From Euprymna scolopes (lineage: Eukaryota), in NCBI GenBank assembly GCA_053919585.1, contig CM132794.1: DNA of 64,000 nt, one strand, 5' to 3'. Both the position numbers and the translations under genes were made by a program. Position 1 is the stretch's first letter. Each line of letters begins with the position of its first letter. The notes under the pieces are model-generated. The model was not told where the DNA came from, did no database searches, and saw only the letters and a program-made list of their open reading frames with translations. This document shows positions 1 through 11,989 of the stretch, piece after piece.

Positions 1-659
1 TATTGACTTTGGTTACTATTGACAAGGCAGCAGGACCAGTTGTATCATTTTTTATGATATAAGCCGATATAACAAATTCGAAAAACAATATTCGATATGC
101 TAGTATGAAATATACCTTACTACCAGCAATCACCGAGAAGAAGTAGCACAGAGAGAAAATGTACGTTAGCTCCGATATGTTTCTGCAACGCTAGAACCTC
201 ACATTAACTGTTGCAATTAAAAATAAACACCGCTCATTTTTGTTTCTCGTGAATATTAAAAAAATCATCTTAATCCACACTTTCGTATAAATGTAAACTT
301 TTAATTGTGTAGTAAAATGCATTTGTTAGAATGTTTGATTCTGCGATTTATAATGTGTATTATTCCATATTGAATGTTTTCGCACAAAATTTCGGCCGAT
401 GTAACCTCGGATCTATTTGAGGCGCACCTTTTCTAACTCAGCAAACTTGATGTTGAAATTAGGTATCCGTAAAGAATTTTGAAGGGAATGCTTTATTTAA
501 TCCACGAGATTAGCTTGTCCTAGGGCCCTCAGCCCTGACGGAGGAGAATTTTGAAAAAAACACATATAATTGTATTTTTAATATCGCACATAATAATTAT
601 TGAAATGCGACAACTCGACACGCATGTAAATGCAACAAATGATTAATTCAATGTATCAG

Positions 660-2335
660 TTTTTTTTGTTTTACGTAGGCGTCACCACATATCAAGGTCG
701 ATAGGCTACTCAAGGATAAGGGTTAAAGAGTGTGGAGTAGTCAAAAGGACAATATAGTAATCGATAGTAATGGAAGTACGGTAAATTTGTAAACTCAAGT
801 GGAACGGCTCATCAGAAACTTGTTCACGTTGGACTTGAAGACAACCATATTATAGACAGCTGGAAAGCAGGAAAACGGAAGACAATTCCACAGGCATGCA
901 GTTCTAAGGAATAAGCTTTGATCATGGAATCTATGTTTAGGTTTAGGCACAGATAAAGAGTGGGGAAAATTATTGATAATGTTTTCAGCTAGTTTAGTGT
1001 TTCTTGTGAAAGTTTGGCGAATTGGGGACCATAGATTGAAGCTCTGCGAACACTTTCCATGAAAATAAGGATAAAGCAGAGACAAACTCGCAAAATCTCT
1101 TCTGTGAGATAGAGGTTGCAGCGAAGAGAAAAGGACATCTCCCACCAGGCCACTAAGTCTATTTTGAACCCTAGCAAGGCAGGACACGTCTTTTCTAGCA
1201 GCTCCTGCCCATATGTGGCAACAGTATTCCATCCTTGGACGTATCTGGCTCTTATATAGATAGAGAATTGCATCAGCAGTGAGATATCTACTGGATCTCT
1301 AGAAGGATCCGACCATTTTTCCAGCAGCCTTGGCAACAGATTTGATGTACGTATTCCATTTAAGATCAGGAGTAAAGGTCAAGCCCAGAAGCCTGTCAAA
1401 ACTTGAGGTCTCCCCAAGACGAGAGCCATTCATTTTAATTGATGCCAGATGGGGATCAGAACGTTCATTATGTAAAGATAGAAGCTTGGTTTTAGATGCA
1501 TTAAAAGTAACCATCCACTCCTTTCCCCATTGTACAACGTGATCAAGATCAGAGGAGAGAGAATCGGAGAGAACTTGGTCGTTTACTGTCTTAGATGTGC
1601 TACCATAGATGGTAGTGTCGTCAGCAAAAATGTCTACGAATGATGGAAGGATAGTATTTGTAAGATCATTAATGTAGATCAGGAAAAGGGTTGGCACCAG
1701 GATGGACCTTTGAGGGACTCCAGCATTTATACTGTAGGCTTCTGATTTTTGCCCCTCAACTACTACTCTTATGAACCTATCAGAGAGAAATGATTTAATA
1801 ATTGAGAAGACATTTCCAGCTATACCATAGCTGGATATCTTGTGAAGTAAACCTTTATGCCATACCCTATCAAAGGCCTTTGATATGTCCACAGCAATTG
1901 CCCTAGGAAGGTTGCCTCTTTCGAGAGATTCGCTAATCCTATGATATATAACTGTAAGCACATCTGCTGTAGATCTAGCAGAACGGAAACCATATTGTGT
2001 GTCACTAAGAAGGTTATTTTTGCTGAGATGGTTGATTACTTCTCTATTTAACACAGATTCTAGCAACTTAGTCATGACGCACAGGAGTCTTATTGGCCTG
2101 TAGTGAGAGGGGGATGGAGGATCACCTGAATTCTTAAATACAGGGCATAATGATGAGATTTTTCAGGGTGATGGGAAGCAATTCTTTTTAAGACAACGTT
2201 AAAACAGTTTTTTAAGTATGGGTGCTAGTTCTGATTGAAGTTTTTTGAGTACTATAATTGGAATACCGTCAGGGCCGGTTGCTTTACTGGAATCCAGGTT
2301 TTTGATTAGCTTGGCAACATCACGTACAGATATTT
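660..2335 (-). mobile_element. CR1/L2-group (Crack/Daphne-like) non-LTR retrotransposon, 5'-truncated, frameshifted RT plus 3' UTR
   Basis: ORF 1299-2075 has RT motifs (QYGFRS, DISKAFDRV, GVPQ.SIL.P.LF, FADDT). ORF 795-1232 is the C-terminus (EYCCHIWAG, RRD.ASL.L.Y.YFHGKCS, RTA.LWN.LP..CFP). The 3' UTR motif is shared with the copies at 2.6 kb and 61.8 kb. Confidence 0.9.
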
Positions 2336-2577
2336 GTATATCACATAGTGTGTTTTCTGATACAGGAAGAAATATTGGGGATTGGCGGGCTTTCGGGAAG
2401 TAGAATATTCAGTTTCAGTATATAATAAGAATATAAGTAAAAATTGATGCATATGTTTACCCAGTGATTGAATACCCAATGAGAAAGAAAGAGCTATACA
2501 GTAATATAACTGGAGGGTATCGTTTGGAATTTCTGATATATTCTCAAGTGTTATTATTAAGGTCAGTTTTGAGGGGT

Positions 2578-3878
2578 TTTTTACACAGTGATCACCACTT
2601 ATCAAGGCCAGGAAGCCACTCAGGGATAAGAGTTATTGCAAGTACATTACGTTAGTGTGGAGATTTGATGAAGTATTTACTTAAGGGGGCGGTTCATTAG
2701 GAATTTGTTAACGTTGGACTTGAAGACATCCAAGTTGTAGTCCGGTGGGAAACAGGAAGATGGAGCAGAGTTCCACAGACGTGCAGTTCTAAGAAAGAAG
2801 GTTTGTTTATGGAATCCACGTTTTGATTTAGGCACAGATATAGAGTGGGAGAAATTTTTCACAGTGGATTCAGCTAGACGGGTGTTTTTCGTGAAAGATT
2901 GGCGAGGGGGGACCAGAGATTGGAGTTCAGACGAGCACCTGCCATGGAAATAACGATAAAACAAGGATAGGCTCGCAACGTCTCTTCTGTGGGAGAGATG
3001 TTGCAGGGTAGAGAAAAGGGCTTCCCCCACTAAGCCACGAAGTCTATTTCGTACTCTGTCAAGGCAGGATATGCTGCTTTTTAGCAGCTCCTTCCCAGAT
3101 ATGGCAACATTATTCTATCCTTGGACTTTCTTGGCTTTTATATAGATAGAGAATTGCATCAGTAGTGATATATCTTCTGGAGCGGTAGAAGGAACCCACC
3201 ATCTTTCTAGCGACCTTGGCAACAGACTTGATGTTCGTGTTCCATTTCAGATCAGGAGTAAATGTCAAACCCAGAAGCTTGTCAAAACACGGGGCCTCAC
3301 CCAGACGAGAGCCATCCATCACAATTGATGCCAGATGGTGATCAAAGCGTTGATGATGTAAGGATAGGAGTTGTGTTTTGGATGCATTAAAGGTAACCAG
3401 CCACATCTTCCCCCACTGAACCACGTGCTCTAGATCAGAGGAGAGAGAATCAGGGATAATTTTGTCATTTACATCCTTTGATGTGTTGCCGTAGATGATC
3501 GTGTCATCAGCATAGATGTCAACGAATGATTTAAGTATGTGTTTACGGAGGTAATTGATGTAGATCAGGAAGAGAGTCGGGCCCAGGATTGACCCCTGAG
3601 GGACTCCAACGTTTATATTGCAGGCCTCCGATTTTTGTCCATCTACCACTACCCTTATGAGCCCATCGGAGAGAAATGATTTAATGATTGAGAAAACATT
3701 TCCAGTCATACTGTAGCTGAAAATCTTGTGAAGTAGATCCTTATTCCATACCTTGTCGAAGGCCTTTCATATGTCCTGAACAATTTCCCTAGAAAGGAAG
3801 CATTTGTCAAGAGATTCACTAATCCTGTGGGATATAACCGTCAGCACATCTGCGGTAGATTTTGAAGAGCGGAACATC
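2578..3878 (-). mobile_element. Second CR1/L2-group LINE fragment, same family
   Basis: ORF 3110-3709 (GVPQGSILGPTLFLIY, YADDT) and ORF 2677-3030 (RRDVASLSLFYRYFHGRCSSEL); colinear with 795-2000 at the nucleotide level. Confidence 0.9.
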
Positions 3879-3954
3879 AAATCAGTTTCTGTTCATCCTT
3901 GCACATTACTGCTCTACATTTAAAGTTTCTTGGTAAAGTGAAGAAAGGTATCTA

Positions 3955-4472
3955 CGTAGTGGCCCACTTAAAAGTAGCCCAGCACAAATGTATTAGAGAG
4001 GAGGAACATTCTTCTAATGTTTAAAGTGCCTGCGCAATTGTTTGCATTACCTGATATGTTATAGAACATGCCCAAAACGCTTCACATTGACATTTATGCA
4101 TTTTTGTGCACGTTTAACAACGTTTGCACATATTGGCTGTAGATCTTCTCTGGTGATTCTACTGATAACATTGATAATGCTGTCCTTTACTTGGTCTTGA
4201 TTGTCAGGATTATTGGCATAAACATTTTGTTTTAAAACAACCTCCCCAAATAAAAATCACATGATGACAAGTCCCGGGAAACGTAGAGTCCATAAAGCTT
4301 TGCTCATTGTTTCTCTTCTTTCAACATATCATGAGCTCGTGCCAGTGATCTGTAAGAAATGTGGCATGTAGCGCCATTTTGTTTGAAAAAGAATTGCATT
4401 TGGTCTTGTGGTGTGAGTTGGTCACTAAGAGAACGATTAGAGACATCGAGGTATTTTAAGTGGGTCACCGTG
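3955..4472 (-). mobile_element. Tc1/mariner deletion derivative with TIRs
   Basis: TA-flanked inverted ends (cgtagtggcccacttaaaa ... ttttaagtgggtcaccgtg). Minus-strand remnant FFFKQNGATCH resembles the FQQDGATCH catalytic motif. Confidence 0.7.
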
Positions 4473-4774
4473 TATATTTTTTGTCCTTCGCCCTTTTTCA
4501 TCCACTATATCCTTTCTCGTGATGTACCTAGTATCATTTTTAAAATAAAGACTATGGTATGTGTTCTTCAGAATTATCTAATCTATTCATTGCTTTCTAG
4601 ATTCTTTGGTTCTTTGGTCCTGTGGTATCCGCCAATTTGAAGTACAGTTTTTCTTATTTTATTAGCTTGATTTCCCATCTGAACCACAAACGGAAATTAA
4701 GGTGGCAGAGGACGAAGCGGGCAGCAGAGATTGAAACAAAAACATATAAGGTACTGCCAAGTCCACTGCAAAGG

Positions 4775-5058
4775 ACAAGAACTATTCTGAAGCCTACAAC
4801 TATCATATGTGAGACCGGCATTCACTCATACACGAAGCAATATTGCTACATCCGGGCTCTATCAACTGGTCACACTCCTTTGGATAATTTCCGAAAATAA
4901 AACTTTCCATCTCATTAGTTCATTTACTTGCGTTTGGAATTCGCTTCCTGTCCCTTGTTTCCCCGTCTGTACCAACATGCTAAAATTTAAATCCAAAGAG
5001 AACACGTATCTTTTTATACAACTTCCTACCTAAGATACGCCCTATAAGTTTGGCACAT

Positions 5059-5060
<2 letters not shown>
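4775..5060 (+). mobile_element. CR1/L2-group LINE extreme 3' fragment
   Basis: VWNSLPVPCFPVCTNMLKFKSKENTYL matches the C-terminus of the copies at 795 and 2677. Confidence 0.7.
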
Positions 5061-5099
<39 letters not shown>

Positions 5100-5107
<8 letters not shown>

Positions 5108-5740
5108 AAGCTGTGAGTGTGTGGGTGTGTCTGATCACGAATAGGCTCCTATATTGTTGACTATTATAGAAAACTGGTCACACATAATGATAAAAGATGT
5201 GTCGAGACAGGAATGGGTATGTTTGATCTGGCAGAACGGTGGTTCATTAAAATTGCGGGGTCTGCGTTCCCGCCTGGTCCACAAATTATGGAACTAAAAA
5301 AATTTTAAAACGAAAAAAAAACGTTTACAATTGTTTTTGAAATAGATGTACATAATAATACTTTGATAAGTATGGTTAAACTTAAATAGGGATCGTATAA
5401 TAAAATTGTGGGGACTGCCTTTGCGCCTGGCCTCTATAGAATGGAAATATGCACACACGTTAATAAAGATTTTCATATCTATCTGCGTAAGTCCATCAAT
5501 TATCAATTATGTTTCAGTTTGAAAGTTTGCGTAAGTCCATCAATTATCAATTATGTTTCAGTTTGAAGAAAAATGGTATAATAAAATTATGGGGTGTTCG
5601 TTCGCGGCTGACCTCCATAGAATGGAAATATGTCACAAAGTTTTACAACGTTTTTTAATATAGATCCACAGAATATTGTGATACGTGTTTCAGTGTGAAG
5701 AGGTATGGTATAATGAATTATGGGGTTTATCTATTTTATT
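5100..5740 (+). mobile_element. Non-autonomous Helitron-like repeat, family A, 3'-truncated
   Basis: Starts in a TA tract (tatataaagctg, then a TG microsatellite). Inverted homolog of 14228-14985. Internal subrepeats and a 44-bp tandem duplication at about 5484-5567. Confidence 0.65.
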
Positions 5741-5897
5741 TTTACTTTCATCATATTTTGGTTTGGTTTTGATACCCCCAAATTCGAAGCTATCTCTTGA
5801 CAACCCTTCCTTTTCATAACCGATCATACTTTCATAAATCAGAGTCTTTTTTCTGTCAACTGTTTATGAACCCAGTCAACGACGGGCACTGTTGTTA

Positions 5898-5985
<88 letters not shown>

Positions 5986-6309
5986 CTCTGATGAGTTAAG
6001 GGTATAATAGATTGAGTATAAGGCCATAAGAAATACATGGATAGATTTGAGGGTTAAAGGCATTATAGATTCACTGATTGATATGAGAATTTAGTGATTG
6101 ATTTTGCGTTACGAAACAGATACTGTCAGGAATTGTAAATGCCAACTGAATTAAAGGAATAAATTATAAGATAATCAGCATCATGAATTTTGGAATGCAG
6201 TTTGTGTTTTTCATTTATTCTCTATGCTGCTCGGTAATTACATTGAGCTTCTTAAATAAAGAATAGTATATATTATAAAAAATATATTTCTACGGAAATA
6301 TATATATAT

Positions 6310-7130
6310 TAGCATTTCAGCTCGGCGTTGCCCGGGTGTTTGGATGTGTATGTTGAGCAAAAAAAAAAGCGTTCAATTTTTTAACCTTTCCCGCCAATTA
6401 TGCCCCCTTAACCTTTATTGTATTGAGCTTAAATTGATCTAGTAAGTTAGATTCATGTCCAAGGAACCTCAATCTAAAATTTCAAGTGTTTAGACCGAAT
6501 ATTGTCGGAGGAGATTGGTAGAGTTCTCAAAGACAAATCATGAACTTTAACCTCTTATCAACCAAATTTCTGGCCGAAAACCAATCTCAGTACCCTGTAT
6601 AATCAAATTTCGAGTCTGTAGACTTAAAATTGACAGAATTATTGCGTAGGAAAATGTAAACACACAGACACACAAGTTCACTTTTATAGATATACAAGCA
6701 TGGGTGTCCGGCGTTGCCCGGGAATTTGGAGGTGTACGTTAAGCAAAAAAAGCGGTCATTTTTTTTTAAATTTTGACCCTATTATGACCCCTTAAAATTT
6801 ATTGTTTTGGGCTCAAATAAGTTATTAAGCTAGATCCGTGGCCAAGGAACCTATATCTAAAATATCAAGTGTTTATACCTAAAATTGTTGGAGAAGTTTA
6901 GTAGAGTTCTCAAAGGTCAAATCGTTGAACTTTGACTCCTTACTCGCCAAATTTCTGGCCAAAACCCGATCACATCGATGTTCCCACATCTCAGTACCCT
7001 ATATATCAAATTTTGAGTCTGTAGACTTAAAATTGACAGAGTTATTGCGTAGGGAAATGTGCACACACACAGAAAGACAGATACACAGACAGACAGATAC
7101 ATAGACACGTTCACTTTTATAGATATATAG
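6310..7130 (-). mobile_element. Two head-to-tail non-autonomous Helitrons, family B (about 6310-6694 and 6697-7130)
   Basis: On the minus strand each starts tctataaaagtgaa followed by a gt/gtct microsatellite and ends with a cccgggcaacgccg hairpin before a CTAG-like terminus. The units are mutually similar and similar to 24000-24725 and 43070-43770. Confidence 0.7.
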
Positions 7131-7420
7131 ATAGATGTGCGTATATACACACACATATATATATATATAATTATATATACTGATTTTCTTCTACCTTAAG
7201 CTTTGGTGGCTTCAATAATGCTGCCAATACGCATTATCTGTATTTGCGATTACTATCCTTCATTCGTATCAGCTCTTTATATTAACTGGCTTCACAGTTT
7301 GTCTTGAGCGGTTTAATGAAGATTAAATATAACATGTGAGTATATTCAGCAAAATTCAGTATTCATGGGAGGATGTAATTTTTCTGACAATCCCAGAAGT
7401 TGTCTACCTTGTATGAGAAG

Positions 7421-7487
<67 letters not shown>

Positions 7488-8224
7488 GTTAGGGTATTAG
7501 GGTGAGAGATACAAAGCCGAATATCTCCACTTGCTTCAATATATTCCAACTTACACTTGGAGAGAATCGACAAACACGCCATCTCTAATGTAAAGGTCTA
7601 AGCCAGTTAGGGATGCTAGGAGAACTCACGTGATTTTCTTAAACTTAAATAGTGAAATTTGAACCTTAAGACTTTTGCACCAAGAAAACGGGGTTCAATG
7701 GGTAGCAAAATGACAAAATAATATTCTGTCCGTTAGTGATAGACACCATTACTATAAATCTAAGAAAATAAAATAAATGGGCCAAACTTACTTTTCATTC
7801 ATTTCCCATGAACTAATTTCACTAATACTGAATAACGGTGAGTGGTTGCCCACATTAGAGGATATGCACTTTTCTAATTGAATTAATCGTCATATGACAA
7901 GTTAAAATGATATATTTCCGTTTTTAATTAGAATTAAATACAAAATTTAATTAGGGAAAGATCAAATAAAGATAAATCGTGTTTTTAAAATCTGACCTCT
8001 TCTATTTTATTGGAAAATCAATTTAAAAAAGTGTTTGTGTTGAGTTCGTCTATAAGCGCCAGTTTTGAGCAGGCAGAATAAACACATGACCGATATTATA
8101 ATAAATTTCAATATGCATTAAATCATCCATAGATACATGTATAGTTGTTTTTTTTTACAGCTAGACTTGCCCCAACGCTCGAGCGCGACGATTTCACGTA
8201 ATGAGACAACTGACAAATGAAATA

Positions 8225-8490
8225 ATGAGTAAGGTATCACCCAGATTTAGTGAATGTACCTTCAGCTCATTACAAGGGATGAAATGATTTGTGAAAAATT
8301 AAATTAATAGCGTAATTCTAATGTTTTATGTTACTGCTTTTAACTAGCGGTACTTGTCGAACTTCCACAGTGGACTCACTCATAAGTAATATATTGATGG
8401 TAGTAATCTGTAGATGTTCAGCATACATGCGGACGCTCTGATATCATTGTGTCTTTATTGTTAAAACTGCAAAAGTATTTATCTAAGTTA
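8225..8490 (+). pseudogene. Deleted relic of a GT92-like paralogue
   Basis: 8350-8490 aligns by eye with 26815-26950 and with the reverse complement of 63585-63720 (e.g. ttaaaactgcaaaagtatttatctaag vs tttaaactataaaagtatttatctgag). Confidence 0.45.
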
Positions 8491-8619
8491 GCACAAACGC
8501 CCGTCAAAGCCCGGTCGTAAAAAAGGCTTGAATATGATATCTTGATTCTTACAGATTTCATGTATATAATTCTAGAGTTAATGTTCTATCGATTTTTGTA
8601 TATTATAAAGTTACCATTT

Positions 8620-8672
<53 letters not shown>

Positions 8673-8741
8673 ATATATATGACTTGGGTGCCTTAGCTTG
8701 AATCGAAATCGAAATAAATACTTATGAAAAAATATGTGTGA

Positions 8742-8790
<49 letters not shown>

Positions 8791-8990
8791 TTAAGCTCTT
8801 GCTTGTTGCTGGATCTCAATATTTTGAACCGAGAGAGAGACTTACCTGTCGTACAAACTAAGACTCTGTAACATCATATATGTATAGGTACTCCCTCAGG
8901 CATTTGTCTATTAAAATGGTCCCGTGGCGATGGAAGTCATTCTGGGGCTCATGGATTCGTTAGTGTCTGAGGGACGTTGCAATCATATGC

Positions 8991-9046
<56 letters not shown>

Positions 9047-9070
9047 ATATGTATATGTATATGTATATAT

Positions 9071-11751
9071 ATATAAGTTTGGTTGTTAAATTTTAAATTC
9101 TAAAAAAAAACAACATAGAGACACATATATTCGAATTAAGAATTTATTGTTTAACCTAGTTAAGAAGATTAAATTAAAAAAAAACAGAAGCAGCCAATTA
9201 ACATCACCAACAGTAAAATAAACAAATTCACACAGAAATTTAAGAAAAACCCAAACCTTTTTGTACCCGTCGATAAAACAAAACACCTCTATATGATGGA
9301 TTGCCCCACCCATAAGAAGCTTATGTACAAAAAATGGAATAAATCATATAAAACTGTTCATAAAAAGGAATTAGACATGGTAAATATAGATGCCTTGAAC
9401 ATACTAAAACAAATGAACCTCCACAATTTCACCGAAATCGTTACCCCGGGAGCCCCAAGATTTACAATGAAGTACCATAAATACAATTTCCAAGACAACC
9501 CCTCGTTAAGATTAATCTGCCCCTCAAGCTCTTATCTAGGACTAGTTAGTAAGAAAATCTTAGACAAAATTATACCGCGATTAAAAGAGAAAATAAAATT
9601 CCCCCTCTGGCAATGCTCCCAAACTGTCCTCAACTCAAAGATAAAAAAAAAAACTTAACTTTATAACTTTCGATATATGTAATTATTACCAATCTATATC
9701 CACAATACTTCTTAATAAAACCTTAATTTTCGCTAAGAACAATTCCAATATAACAGATCTTGAAAGAAAACTTAACCTCCTGGCTAAGCGTTCTCTGATT
9801 GACTTTGATGGAAAGTACTGCACCAGGACACATACCCCATCTAATTTTGACATTTTAATGGGTCCAACCGACTCCGCACAAGTTACCGATTTGGTCGGTC
9901 TCTACTTGTTAAGGGAGCTCAATTTAGGATTCAAAACCTACTGGGTTGCCTGTGTAGAGATCATCACAAAAGTCAGACCAAGACAATACAATAATACCGT
10001 AAAGAAATTACATGGGTTCTTCAGAAACTATGACCTTTCTATTGAAGTTGATCCTAATATAGAAGACATCAAACTTCTTGGACATTTCCTTAAATCTAAA
10101 TTCGGAAACCTACTCCCCTTACCATAAGTCCAATTTGAACCTTTTCTATGTACATAAACAATCGAATCATCCCAGATCTATTAGCAACTCTATAGTGCCA
10201 TCCGTCTTAAAAAGAATATCCAGCCTGTCGCCCGACAAAAAACATTTAGCCAATAAGAAAACTTTTACAATAATGCCTTACACACTTCAGGATATACGAA
10301 TAAGATAGAATACATAGAAAACAAACTGGAAAACAACAAAAATAAATCCATAATCCCGCATATCATGACCCAAAAGAAAAGCAATAACCTCATCTGTAAT
10401 TCCTTGAAAAAGCATAATCCTAATCCAGAGCACACAAAGTCTAAGACAAAATACAGTAGCAAACAAAATAAAAAGAATAGCAATAAATTAATGCGAAAAA
10501 ATCCATATGGTTCAACCCACCGTACAGCTCCAACATAAATACTAATATGCCAAAGGAATTTTTAAAATAATTAAACAATGCTTTCAACAACCCTATAGAT
10601 ACATCACTATATTAAATACAAAATCAATAAAAATCTCTTACTCCACTATGCCTAACATAGAACAAACGATAATAACATCTAACAACTCTTAAATAAGAAA
10701 CGCCCAGGCCCATTCCCCGCAGATTCCACGCACACAAAATTGTAATTGCCAAAACAAACAATGTTGCCCCTTAAGAAACGATTGCATGCACAAGGACATC
10801 ATCAATTCATGTACAGTCACGGAGCTCCCAACCACAACAATAAGTGCAACCGATAGAAAACCCCAAAATCGTACTCAAAATATATCAATCACTGATCCAA
10901 CAACACTAGAGAGCTCCACTGACTCCCACTATGCCACCTCCATAAAAAAGACACATGATAATACTCAAATTACTCAGGAATCCCATCCTGAAAACGATAA
11001 AAACCTAATCATACCTTCCCCCTCTGAAAGTTTAGCCCACCCCCACAGTAGAAACTCCGTCAGGTTAAACACCATTAATGCAAATGTAAATCTCACACGT
11101 ATATCGGCGCAACGGCAAACCTAATTAAACTGAGAATTTCAAACCATATAATAATGAAAATTCAAATAGCAATAGATGCATCTCCCTAACAACTCTGATT
11201 AAATACCTCCAATATAGGGATATTCCGTACTCACTAAAATGGGATTTATTGAAAAAATCCAATTCATACACCCCTAAATCCAAAATTCTGCAACCTTTGC
11301 ACTTCAGAAGCAGGTGGAATAATAACATATCCTAAAGCCACGATAAACACCAAAAATGAGCTGATTTCGTTATGCAAGCACAGGAAAAAAATTCAAGTAT
11401 AGCCAGCTCAAAACTACTTAAGTCACCATACCTGAACTAGTTTTGGCATGTTTGCCCCTATATGTATACGCATGGATTTACGCGTGTATGAGTGTATATG
11501 TATGCACGCATGAGTGGGTGGATGTTGCAGGCGTTGTATCTGTGTTAATATATACGTATGTCTATATGTGTACTTATACATGAGCGTGTTTGAGTAATTA
11601 TATGTTTGTACATGTCCATGTATGTATGGCTGTACATATGTATATGTATGTGTATATATGTGTATATGTGTGTACATGTTTATATATGTGTGTATGTGTA
11701 TATATATATATGCATGATTTTGTCTATTAATTTCATTTCCTTTTGTCTGTG

Positions 11752-11820
<69 letters not shown>

Positions 11821-11948
11821 ATGTGAGCACGTAGGCGTGCATTTTGTGTTGAGTGTGTATACATATGATTATGTGCTGTAGTGTATATTTGTGTGTATGT
11901 ACGTGTGTGCGTGCATGTATATATGTATGTAAGTGTATTTATATATGT

Positions 11949-11989
<41 letters not shown>

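Noticed and set aside
5839-6063. ORFs with YIYIYI, SLSLSL or IIII runs (also 7346, 8619, 11423-12653, 14060, 23557, 24725, 27303, 43627-44266, 46973, 55173, 57959)
   Set aside because: Translations of microsatellites or N gaps, not genes.
10741-11420. Selenoprotein (in-frame UGA plus SECIS), as reported for some Naiads
   Set aside because: The conserved Cys positions I could read are TGT/TGC, and no SECIS is recognisable after the ORF.
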